From NCBI RefSeq assembly GCF_902652985.1, contig NC_047015.1, positions 21,080,001 through 21,144,000 of the forward strand: a DNA stretch of 64,000 nucleotides, in the 5' to 3' direction. The translations under genes were made by a program, and so were the position numbers. The number at the start of each line of letters is the position of its first letter. Positions within the stretch are counted from its first letter, which is position 1. This document shows positions 41,079 through 53,460 of the stretch, piece after piece. The notes under the pieces were generated by a model. The model made no database searches. It was not told where the DNA came from and worked only from the letters and a program-made list of their open reading frames with translations. The DNA comes from Pecten maximus (lineage: Eukaryota).

Positions 41079-41164
41079 ATTAAATGAATAAATGAATGAG
41101 TGAATAAATGAATGAATAAATAAATACATAAATAAATAAATAAATACATAAATAAATAAATAAA
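41079..41164. repeat. (TAAA/TGAA)n microsatellite
   Basis: Visible tetranucleotide run. Confidence 0.9.
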
Positions 41165-41400
41165 ACAAATGTAGTATTTGGAAAACTACTAAATACAAGC
41201 ATTAACTATAACTTTCAACGATTATATTTATTTAGGATAGACTCCTTTATAGCTGAATGCCAATAATTGCATTAATAATCTGAAAACTAAAAGTATTACT
41301 TGTCTGGTATATGAAGAATGTATCAAGGTTGGCTTAGAAATAATGTCTCTTTCCCGTTATATATTGAAATTATAGAAAGAATAACCAAGTTTTGAACTTC

Positions 41401-42486
41401 TATTTAAGGATTAAACTGTCTTTTTTTGTGTCTATGGTCGATATAGATGCCAGAGCTTTGACATCTATATCGACCATAGACACCAAAAAAGACAGTTTAA
41501 TGCTTATATTTACATTCTTGTCATATTTTTTGTTATTTTTGAAAATTAAAAGTCAGCTAGCATAAAAAATGCCAATATTCAGCGACTTCGTCAATGGGGT
41601 TCGACAAATGGAACAGCCTATTTTTTTCAAAATTCATTTGCCACGTGCAGATTGGCAAACAAAAAAGTGCATTGAAATTTTTATTATTTATTTAGCAATA
41701 TTGTATAAAAAAAATTTGATACTTTTTAATTAAAATAAAAAAGAACGTAGTCCTAGGCTTTTTTTCATAAAGCCATATGATTGTTTACGTTAGTTACAAG
41801 TAGTTCCGGTGGGTGAATATATTCATGCGCAGCATGGATCGATATCATGTTTTGGGTGTCAATTATGCTCACATAGACTGCAAACATTAACCATTTCCCA
41901 GTTAGGACATTTCAGTCAATCCGACATTGTCATTTCAAACAATACTCCGTTGAATCGAGATGATATTCCCGCAATAAGAGTTTCATATGGTGGACACTGA
42001 GTGGCTGTTCAAAATCTAAATATATTAGAATATTTTGATTCCGTCTAAAATGCAGTTACCGTATTTTGATAATTCTCTCAAAGAAAGTCAAACGTAACTT
42101 CTGCTAGATTGGATTGCTGTCCTAGCGGTTTTCTAATTTCCTGCTAGATTGGATTGCTGTCCAAGCGGTTTTCTAATTTCCTTTCATTTTCACTTCGAAA
42201 ATGCCAAAGAGCGCAGTCTAACGGAGAGAAGATATTAGTAGTGAGGCGGGCATTGTCGGTACCCACGTGATTTGCCACGAAATAGCTCCAATATATCCCA
42301 AACAGAAAGTCTCGCATTCATGAATTATTCATGAAACAATTCAGTAATCTGATTGATTCCATAGAAAATGGCTACGGAAAAGCTGACCAATCAGAAAACG
42401 ACGTTTTAGACGTGATTTGTTTGGCAAGATGCCAGATAACAAACCATGCCGACACATGGAGGCAGCCATTTTGGTATATATATAAC
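41401..42486. mobile_element. Putative non-autonomous element headed by a 102-bp palindrome (Crypton-like architecture, tentative)
   Basis: Palindrome at 41405-41506, internal 40-bp tandem duplicate at ~42100-42181, and CCAATCAG and GCCATTTT motifs near the far end. The right boundary and family assignment are uncertain. Confidence 0.45.
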
Positions 42487-43294
42487 GTTTCTATTTTCAA
42501 GATGGACTCCTAATCCAGTCTAGACCTGTGCATGGCTTGGTTGTATTAATCACGTATCCCATACTGAATCGCAGTGTTATAACCCGACAGTGTGATATTA
42601 ATATTGACGTCGGTATTTGTTAAACTTAATATCACTGCACAAACTTTAGTTTGGTAATATTGGTTAATTTAGTGACAAGAAAGCGGATGAGCCAATAGGG
42701 AGTTGCGGTTTGGTGTAACTAACACACGTATCAGCGTGATACACATTCAACACGGATACCATTGCGCGTGATGCCAGTTACTGTGACATCGACCTGATCA
42801 CGTTGTCTGCTGTACACGTGTTGCGAAGGTAACATATCCATGTATGAAGTAATATGACATACCACTGTTCTAATGATATTATCGGCTTTAATTTGTTAAT
42901 AGAAAATAAAGATACATTGAACCTTACACATGCAGTTATATGAAATAACAAAGATGTCTTCTCTGAAATTCGTAAAGTACCTGTAATGGATTTGTGGTTG
43001 GAATGAAGCCACATGTGCACAAAATCATAATTCGAACTCAAACTCTACAAAACAACGGTAATATTTATGAGAAAGCAGCCCATTATTCTGCAAGGACAAA
43101 CGTCTTCGGTTTTAATTATGAGTTACCATATTAAATAAATCGGAGTAATGCCATGTATCAAAGTGACAGGGCAACCACCAGGAACAATACACATAAATTA
43201 TGTTACAAGTATACAAACATATCACGTTGAGAAATAGAATTGATCACACTGGAAGTGTTCTTCGGATTTCATCTGAAGCGATGTATACGGTACA

Positions 43295-43532
43295 GTAACG
43301 TGACGTCATCATTAATACGCCAAGAAACCAGTACAACTGTAATGCATCATCATTATTTCGTTTAAACAGTATGTAACTGTAATGTGATGTCATTAATTTC
43401 GTCACAGAAAGAATACGCTGCGATAATGTGACGTCATTATTTCGTCACGGAAAGTATACGCTGCGATAATGTGACGTCATTATTTCGTCACGGAAAGAAT
43501 ACGCTGCGATAATGTGACGTCATTATTCCGTC
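43295..43532. repeat. Short 43-bp-unit tandem repeat carrying TGACGTCA sites
   Basis: TGCGATAATGTGACGTCATTATTTCGTCACGGAAAGAATACGC units; TGACGTCA at 43301, 43429, 43472 and 43515. Confidence 0.9.
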
Positions 43533-44284
43533 GAGGATGTCACCGTGTACACATTGCTGTTTGGTTCTTTGATACATGATTATTTCAATGCTAGTACTTT
43601 CGGTTAATACATTGTATAATGTTCATAGAAGGGAGAAGAATTGCTGTAAGAAATGCCACACAGGTATTATAGGACTTTGTAAATATGTTTTGTTTGTAAA
43701 CTTACAAATCACTCCACACTCATATGTCTGTGAGGTGTCTCAGTCACATCAGATAACAGTTACTCTGCGGTAGGCCTCATTGTATATATTGATAAAGCGT
43801 TGCTGACAATTAATACGTAAAATACATACTTATGTGCGTACGTCTATCAATCCCCTCATCGCACCTGTCCAGTTGTAGGCTGTCACATTGACGGTCCTTT
43901 TCTTGAAGCCCGTAGACCGAGACGCTCGTCTCGCTAGAAAAGCACCGACATGAAACTTCATTTTTATGGTAAATTTATTATCTCTTTTACAATAATTTTA
44001 TTTTTCATTGATAGTCGCGAACAGCGGGGTCAACTTTTATACACCACTCTCATTGTATTTCTGATGTAACGCTGTTGTCCCCACGTGTGACAGAATAAAA
44101 CCCGTCCTCATTTGGGTACAGAATATAACCGTGATATTCGTTTTCTAAAGCCTATATACACGCCACCGAAAAGGTGATCAAGATGAATAAAACACGTGTT
44201 TTTCTTTGTTTCAACGCGTATATCCATCTCTTCAAATGGATGAGGTAGTCAATGTTCGGAACATTTTCAAATCTCCACCTTATT

Positions 44285-45332
44285 CATTGCCGTTCTACTA
44301 TTGCCGCCCTACTATTGCCTCCTTACTATTGTCTCCCTACTATTACCACCCTATTATTCCCTCCCTACTATTGCCGTTCTTCTATTGTCTCCCTACTACA
44401 TTGTTACCATTTTATTCCCACCCTACTGTTGCCTCCTTACTATTGCCTCCCTACTATTGCCACCCTACTATTGCCGTTCTACTATTGCCTCCCTACTATT
44501 GCCGTTCTGATATTGCCTCCTTACTATTACCTTCCTACTATATTGCCTCCCTACTATTGCCACAATAATATTGCCGTTCTACTTTTGCCAACCTACTATA
44601 TTGCCTCCCTACTATTGCCTCCCTACTATTGCCGTTCTGATATTGCCTCCTTACTATTACCTTCCTACTATATTGCCTCCCTACTATTGCCACCCTACTT
44701 TTGCTGTTCTACTATTGCCTCCCTACTATTGCCGTTCTGATATTGCCTCCTTACTATTACCTTCCTACTATATTGCCTCCCTACTATTGCCACAATAATA
44801 TTGCCGTTCTACTATTGCCAACCTACTATTGCCTCCCTACTATTGCCGTTCTGCTATTGCCTCCATAATATTGCCTCCTTACTATTGCCTCCCTACTATT
44901 GCCTCCCTACTATTGCCTCCCTACTATTGCCGTTCTACTATTGTCAGCCTACTATTGCCTCCCTACTATTGCCGTTCTGCTATTGCCTCCTTACTATTGC
45001 CTCCCTACTATTGCCTCCCTACTATTGCTATTGCCTCCTTACTATTGCCTCCCTACTATTGCCTCCCTACTATTGCCGTTCTGCTATTGCCTCATTACTA
45101 TTCCCTCCCTACTATTGCCTCCTTACTATTGTCTCCCTGATATTGTCACCCTACTATTGTCTCCCTACTATTGCCACCCTACTATTGCCGTTCTACTATT
45201 TCCTCCATTCTATTGCCACGCTATTGTCCCCTCCCTACTGTTGGCACCATATTGTCCCCTCTCCCTACTATTGCCTCCCTACTACTATTGCCTCCCTACT
45301 ATTGCCTCCCTAATAATGCCGTTCTACTATCC
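44285..45332. repeat. Degenerate 14-bp minisatellite CTACTATTGCCTCC / CTACTATTGCCGTT
   Basis: Visible array with internal block duplications. Confidence 0.95.
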
Positions 45333-46151
45333 TTGGTAGGAACATTAATCTCGAACTTAGGTACGAAGTGTACATACATGATTACATTCCACAAAATCAT
45401 ATAACGCTAATTTTAAACAGAAGATTTTGCGATGGCAATATGTTGCAGCGATACCAGGGATTTTATACAGTTTTCTGACTGATCCTCACTTGACTGGGCG
45501 TTAACTTAGACATACAGATGGTTCATCGCAGATGAATTTCCATACAATAAAGTCATCTTAAAGTATCTCGTCGACAAATGAATCACTGGTGTTAAATCGG
45601 GAAACAATTTCAAATGAAATGAAGATTTGTGAAACTATTAAATATTTGTATATGATAGCGACACAGCTGTGAAGTTCGTGACATCATCATCGCGCCCTCG
45701 ATTGCTCTACTAACAATTTAGAGGACTGTATATTTTCAAGCAAAGAACATGTGTTTCATAGGAATTTGCCTTTGTTGCTGAACCCGACAAAAGTTAAACG
45801 CTAATTGCTGTATTTCACACATGCGTGTGTCTGGTGTTTGTAAATAGCGCACGTGCAATTTATTAAACACGTTACTTAAAAAAGATTTTTTCTGAATACA
45901 TTTGTAAGACGGTCGACACAGATCTTTTCAATTATGTATATCGAGAATTGGAAATGCATATTCAACAGAGTATAAAGTGGAACAACAGAAATGGACATGT
46001 GGACATGTAGACTGACCAGTCATAGCGTCCACTTCATGTATATATGTAACATTACCTTGTAGATGTTAAAGACTAACATAAGGACATTGCCGTCGTCAAG
46101 CCTCATTATAATATATATTATGGTTTGAAGGATGCTTGAAACAAGCATGGT

Positions 46152-49100
46152 ATCACCCAGTGTGGTGTGGACGTACCTGGACCCCACGGTACTACCCAGT
46201 GTGGTGTGGACGTACCTGGACCCCACGGTACTACCCAGTGTGGTGTGGACGTACCTGGATCCCACGGTACTACCCAGTGTGGTGTGGACGTACCTGGGCC
46301 CCACGGTACTACCCAGTGTGGTGAGGACTCAACTGGACCCCACGGTACTACCCAATGTGGTGAGGTCGTACCTGGGCCCCACGGTACTACACAGTGTGGT
46401 GAGGACGTACCTGGATCCCACGGTACTACCCAGTGTGGTGAGGACGTAACTGGACCCCACGGTACTATCCAGTGTGGTTAGGACGTACCTGGGCCCCACG
46501 GTACTAACCAGTGTAGTGAGGACGTTACAGGTCCCCACGGTACTACCCAGTGTGGCGAGGACGTAACTTGACCCCAAGGTACTACCCAGTGTGGTGAGGA
46601 CGTACCTGGATCCCACGGTACTACCCAGTGTGGTGAGGACGTTACTGGTCCCCACGGTACTACCCAGTGTGGTGGGGACGTTACTGGTCCCCACGGTACT
46701 ACCCAGTGTGGTGAGGACGTTACTGGTCCCCACGGTACTAACCAGTGTGGTGAGGACGTTACTGGTCCCCACGATACTACCCAGTGTGGTTATGACGTTA
46801 ATGGTCCCCACGGTACTACCCAGTGTGGTGAGGACGTTAATGGCCCCCACGGTACTACCCAGTGTGGTGATGACGTTACTGGTCCCCACGGTACTACCCA
46901 GTGTGGTGAGGACGTTACTGGTCCCCACGGTACTACCCAGTGTGGTGAGGACGTTACTGGTCCCCACGGTACTACCCAGTGTGGTGAGGACGTTACAGGT
47001 CCCCACGGTACTACCCAGTGTGGTGAGGACGTTACTGGTCCCCACGGTACTACCCAGTGTGGTGATGACGTTACTGGTCCCCACGGTACTACCCAGTGTG
47101 GTGATGACGTTACTGGTCCCCACGGTACTACCCAGTGTGGTGATGACGTTACTGGTCCCCACGGTACTACCCAGTGTGGTGATGACGTTACTGGTCCCCA
47201 CGGTACTACCCAGTGTGGTGAGGACGTTACTGGTCCCCACGGTACTACCCAGTGTGGTGATGACGTTACTGGTCCCCACGGTACTACCCAGTGTGGTGAG
47301 GACGTTACTGGTCCCCACGGTACTACACAGTGTGGTGATGACGTTACTGGTCCCCACGGTACTACCCAGTGTGGTGATGACGTTACTGGTCCCCACGGTA
47401 CTACACAGTGTGGTGAGGACATTACAGAGCCTCATGGTACTATCCAATGTGTTTAGGACGTAATGGGCCTTATGGTATTACCCAGTGTGGTGAGGACGTA
47501 CCTGGGCCTCATGGTACTATCCAGTGTGTTTAGGACGTTAACGGGTCTCACGGTACTACCGAGTGTGGCGATGACGTAACTTGACCCCACGGTACTACCC
47601 AGTGTGGCGAGGAAGTAACTTGACCCCAAGGTACTACCCAGTGTGGTGATGACGTTAATGGTCCCCACGGTACTACCCAGTGTGGTTAGGACGTTACTGG
47701 TCCCCACGGTACTACTCAGTGTGGTGATGACGTTAATGGTCCCCACGGTACTACCCAGTGTGGTGAGGAAGTAACTTGACCCCAAGGTACTGCCAAGTGT
47801 GGTGATGACGTTAATGGTCCCCACGGTACTACCCAGTGTGGTGAGGGCGTTACTGGTCCCCACGGTACTACCCAGTGTGGTGATGACGTTACTGGTCCCC
47901 ACGGTACTACCCAGTGTGGTGAGGACGTTACTGGTCCCCACGGTACTACCCAGTGTGGTGATGACGTTACTGGTCCCCACGGTACTACACAGTGTGGTGA
48001 GGACGTTACTGGTCCCCACGGTACTACCCAGTGTGGTGATGACGTTACTGGTCCCCACGGTACTACCCAGTGTGGTGATGACGTTACTGGTCCCCACGGT
48101 ACTACCCAGTGTGGTGATGACGTTACTGGTCCCCACGGTACTACCCAGTGTGGTGATGACGTTACTGGTCCCCACGGTACTACCCAGTGTGGTGATGACG
48201 TTACTGGTCCCCACGGTACTACCCAGTGTGGTGATGACGTTACTGGTCCCCACGGTACTACCCAGTGTGGTGAGGACGTTACTGGTCCCCACGGTACTAC
48301 CCAGTGTGGTGAGGACGTTACTGGTCCCCACGGTACTACCCAGTGTGGTGATGACGTTACTGGTCCCCACGGTACTACCCAGTGTGGTGAGGACGTTACT
48401 GGTCCCCACGGTACTACCCAGTGTGGTGAGGACGTTACTGGTCCCCACGGTACTACCCAGTGTGGTGAGGACGTTACTGGTCCCCACGGTACTACCCAGT
48501 GTGGTGATGACGTTACTGGTCCCCACGGTACTACCCAGTGTGGTGAGGACGTTACTGGTCCCCACGGTACTACACAGTGTGGTGAGGACGTTACTGGTCC
48601 CCACGGTACTACCCAGTGTGGTGAGGACGTTACTGGTCCCCACGGTACTACCCAGTGTGGTGATGACGTTACTGGTCCCCACGGTACTACCCAGTGTGGT
48701 GATGACGTTACTGGTCCCCACGGTACTACCCAGTGTGGTGATGACGTTACTGGTCCCCACGGTACTACCCAGTGTGGTGATGACGTTACTGGTCCCCACG
48801 GTACTACCCAGTGTGGTGATGACGTTACTGGTCCCCACGGTACTACCCAGTGTGGTGATGACGTTACTGGTCCCCACGGTACTACACAGTGTGGTGAGGA
48901 CGTTACTGGTCCCCACGGTACTACCCAGTGTGGTGATGACGTTAATGGTCCCCACGGTACTACCCAGTGTGGTGAGGACGTTAATGGTCCCCACGGTACT
49001 ACCCAGTGTGGTGATGACGTTAATGGTCCCCACGGTACTACCCAGTGTGGTGATGACGTTAATGGTCCCCACGGTACTACCCAGTGTGGTGAGGACGTTA

Positions 49101-50077
49101 CTGGTCCCCACGGTACTACCCAGTGTGGTGATGACGTTACTGGTCCCCACGGTACTACCCAGTGTGGTGATGACGTTACTGGTCCCCACGGTACTACCCA
49201 GTGTGGTGATGACGTTACTGGTCCCCACGGTACTACCCAGTGTGGTGATGACGTTACTGGTCCCCACGGTACTACCCAGTGTGGTGAGGACGTTAATGGT
49301 CCCCACGGTACTACCCAGTGTGGTGATGACGTTACTGGTCCCCACGGTACTACCCAGTGTGGTGATGACGTTAATGGTCCCCACGGTACTAACCAGTGTG
49401 GTGATGACGTTACTGGTCCCCACGGTACTACCCAGTGTGGTGAGGACGTTACTGGTCCCCACGGTACTACACAGTGTGGTGAGGGCGTTACTGGTCCCCA
49501 CGGTACTACCCAGTGTGGTGATGACGTTACTGGTCCCCACGGTACTACCCAGTGTGGTGATGACGTTAATGGTCCCCACGGTACTACCCAGTGTGGTGAG
49601 GACGTTACTGGTCCCCACGGTACTACCCAGTGTGGTGATGACGTTACTGGTCCCCACGGTACTACCCAGTGTGGTGAGGACGTTACTGGTCCCCACGGTA
49701 CTACCCAGTGTGGTGATGACGTTACTGGTCCCCACGGTACTACCCAGTGTGGTGATGACGTTAATGGTCCCCACGGTACTACCCAGTGTGGTGAGGACGT
49801 TACTGGTCCCCACGGTACTACCCAGTGTGGTGAGGACGTTAATGGTCCCCACGGTACTACCCAGTGTGGTGAGGGCGTTACTGGTCCCCACGGTACTAAC
49901 CAGTGTGGTGAGGACGTTACAGGTCCCCACGGTACTACCCAGTGTGGTGAGGACGTTACTGGTCCCCACGGTACTACCCAGTGTGGTGAGGGACGTTACT
50001 GGTCCCCACGGTACTAACCAGTGTGGTGAGGACGTTACAGGTCCCCACGATACTACCCAGTGTGGCGATGACGTTAC
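46152..50077. repeat. Minisatellite, 39-bp unit CCCAGTGTGGTGATGACGTTACTGGTCCCCACGGTACTA, ~100 copies
   Basis: Visible GC-rich array; 13-aa periodic ORFs on both strands. Confidence 0.98.
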
Positions 50078-50639
50078 TCGTCTCCTGTTAATATTTCCCA
50101 GTGTGTTAATTACGAACTTTATGCTTTTAATATATCTCATTTTCCCAGCCCCAAAAGAAATATTATTTTTTGCATCGTAACCACGAGGTAGTGATCTCTT
50201 TATTTATAATGAATTATTTTATTTCGTGTGCGTGTTTTCCAATATGCTTGTTTGTGAAATATCGAGCATCAAAGGATTGGCAGAACGCCCCTATCTTCAT
50301 TCTGATAGTCCGGAAGTAGTGAAGAGGAAAGGGAATTACATGTAAGATGGCCAGCCGTGATCAATACGTCAGAACTATTTCAATAACATTGCTATTGAAG
50401 TTTTGAGTTATATCAAGTAAATCATGCATTAATAAAATGAAGAAAAAAACCCAACAACAAATAATCCTTACACAATCAGCAAATTACATGTGATTAAAAC
50501 GTGATAGCTATGGAGGGAATTTTCTAGACACCAAAGAGTACAGGATCTGGAGAGTTGTTTTCAATTAAGAAACAAGAATTGCACTGATGGCTTGTCACGG
50601 AAATGTGGCCTGGCTTTGAAATCTGTGCTCCAGTAGATA

Positions 50640-50797
50640 TGGAGGAGTTATCTCGCATATGTAACCCACCGAGACTTGGAGGAGTTATCTCGCTTGTCGG
50701 CTATGGGGCACATATATATGTAACCCACCGAGACTTGGAGGAGTTGTCTCGCTTGTCTGCTCTGTAACCCACAGAGACTTGGAAGAGTTGTCTCGCT
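50640..50797. repeat. Short irregular repeat (GTAACCCACCGAGACTTGGAGGAGTTATCTCGC), 3-4 copies
   Basis: Core repeated with variable linkers. Confidence 0.85.
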
Positions 50798-51035
50798 TTA
50801 CGTCAAAAGAGCTGCTAAACTACAATGGCCCAAGATTATAATGTACATGTAGTTGTCCGTTTCTAAAATTAAGTCCCCGATCTTGATTTTATTGATATCA
50901 AGTGGGTAATGAACTAAGTTGATCTTCAGAAAAATAAATAAATAAACGGCAAAGTAGTTCATGTTGAATTTGAGAGACAACTTTCATATACAATTAAAAA
51001 GCATTACCTCAAATTTTCCTCCTTAAGACGACAAC

Positions 51036-51964
51036 AGTTTCTATTATTTACCCCGTAAGTCGTTAACACTTTCTATAATTTATTCCGTAAGTCGTTAACA
51101 CTTTTTATAATTTACTCCGTAAGCAGTTAACACTTTCTATTATTTATCCCGGAAGTCAACAACACTTTCTATTATTAACCCCGTAAGTCGTGAACACTTT
51201 CTATTGTTTATCCCTTAAGTCGTTGACGCTTTCTATTATTTATCCCGTAAGTCAACAACACTTTCTATCATTAACCCCGTAAGTCGTTAACACTTTCTAT
51301 AATTTATCCCGTAAGTCAACAGCACCTTCCAATTAACCCCGTAAGTCTTTAACACTTTAAATAATTTACCCGGGAAGTCAACAACACTTTCTACTATTTA
51401 CCCCGGAAGTCAACAACACTCTCTATTATTTACCCCGTAAGTCGTGAACACTTTCTATTATTTACCCCGTAAGTCAACAACACTTTCTATAATTTACCCC
51501 GGAAGTCAACAACACTTTCTATTATTTACCCCGTAAGTCGTGAACACTTTCTATTATTTACCCCGTAAGTCATGAACACTTTCTATAATTTACCCCGAAG
51601 TCGTGAACACTTTCTATTATTTACCCCGTAAGTCGTGAACACTTTCTATAATTTACCCCGTAAGTCATGAACACTTTCTATAATTTACCCCGTAAGTCGT
51701 GAACACTTTCTATTATTTACCCCGTAAGTCGTGAACACTTTCTATAATTTATCCCGTAAGTCGTGAACACTTTCTATTATTTACCCCGTAAGTCATGAAC
51801 ACTTTCTATTATTTACCCCGTAAGTCGTGAACATTTTCTATTATTTACCCCGTAAGTCGTGAACACTTTCTATTATTTACCCCGTAAGTCGTGAACACTT
51901 TCTATAATTTACCCCGGAAGTCAACAACAGTTTCTAATTAACCCCGTAAGTCGTGAACACTTTC
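51036..51964. repeat. Minisatellite, 32-bp unit AACACTTTCTATTATTTACCCCGTAAGTCGTG, ~29 copies
   Basis: Visible array. Confidence 0.97.
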
Positions 51965-53029
51965 GTCGATTCGTCACAAATAAACAACTAGGTGAAGCCA
52001 TTCCAGATCGGCTTTATTCTTTGAACCATTGTGTTCCCAGAACGCCTGCATATTTAGAACAATAGGCAGAGATATCAAAGGGAGGGACATTATAGACTGT
52101 TTCATACATGTTTTGTATTTACCCAAGATATTTTACCTGTGTTTTACCTGTAGAAATCATTTGACAACTAAAGAAAACCAAGACGCTAGCATATAAATTT
52201 TAACAATTCTATAGTATAGTATTAATCACATTGATATGAATAAGTTATACGAAAAGTAAGACCATTAGAATTCTGCAAGTTAATATATGTTTTCATAATT
52301 TGAAAAGAACACTATCAGAATCTTTATTATAAATTGAGAACTACAATTATATACGTTAATGTTTTACACATATTGATAGGAATAACACCATTAGAATCTT
52401 AATTATATATAGAGCAATAGACATGTACATGTATGCTAATTTAAAGTTACACAGTTTGGAATATCACTATTCTAATCATAGAATATTACATGTTAATATA
52501 ATATCACATATTTTGATTGGAATAACACTATTAGAATCCTACATTATGTTTATATAATATAATGTTACACGTTAAGATATAAATGCAAAACTCATTGTAC
52601 CAATGACAAATTTTCCTTGTCAAGAGGAGATGTTTACGAAAATCGCATATTGTTGACAACGTCTTTGATACCTACACGATAAAGCACTGTCAATATGTTA
52701 CATCAGTACACACAATCAACATAAGTGAATAAATTCGGAGGCTACGTCGGTGTAGGATATTTTATCAATAGTTTGGTTCTCCAGCCTCTGTTTCTGAAGG
52801 ACAAGGCGAGTAGCGCGATGTTGAAGTCTACTTATCTCACCAGTAGCCTGTATGTCCTAGAATGTCCGTATAATGGTGAAGATGGTGGGATCACAGGCGC
52901 TTGCATAGAAAATATGTCTTTCAATTTTTTTGATATGACAGTGGTATGTGTAATCTGTTAAGCAGCTTAACAGATTACACATACCACTGTCAAAAAAAAA
53001 AAAAAAATGAAAATAACATTTTCTATGCA

Positions 53030-53460
53030 AGCGCCTGTGGGTGGGATGTGTATGATGTACAATCTTTTTGAGTTTCCAGTGCCAGGCTTCTAAGTGATTG
53101 GTCATCCTTGGTCGTTGTCGTAGGGGTTCTAAACGGTTGTCTCCCTCTATCTACTGGTCAGCAACGTAGTCTGTGAATGGCGTAACGTCAAAAGTAGGTC
53201 AACATCCTGGATGTCTTCTTACGTCTTCTACTTGGTGTAGTGGTACAAGTGGCAATACAGCTGTGCGGCGAACCAGACTCCTAGTATCATTGTTGCAAAG
53301 CATCCATTGATGTTGGTTCCCGGGAAGACGGTGAGGAGTCCGTCTGTCTCGATGTTGATGGTGTATATCTGATGGAATAGTGTGGGCAGTGTCGCCATTA
53401 TATACCAAGTTATTGCCTCATAACCTATTACTAATAAAGTTAAAGTCTAACTGAGCATTA
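53030..53460 (-). pseudogene. Internally deleted, decayed FLYWCH/MULE (Mutator-like) transposase fragment
   Basis: Minus-strand pieces in expected order: FNFISNRL*GNNLVYNG, LTVFPGTNINGCF, LVRRTAVLPLVPLHQVEDV, FTDYVADQ*IE, PRMTNHLEAWHWKLKKIVHHTHP (MULE PRTNN.LEGWH motif). Stops at 53418-53420 and 53151-53153, plus frameshifts. Confidence 0.8.

Noticed and set aside
46329-50180. 895-aa and 793-aa ORFs as real genes
   Set aside because: They are pure translations of a 39-bp repeat, open on both strands, with no convincing signal peptide or unique domain.
52180-52580. Recurring ACCATTAGAAT motif with variable spacers
   Set aside because: Spacers are mutually similar AT-rich sequence, consistent with a decayed tandem repeat rather than a repeat-spacer array.
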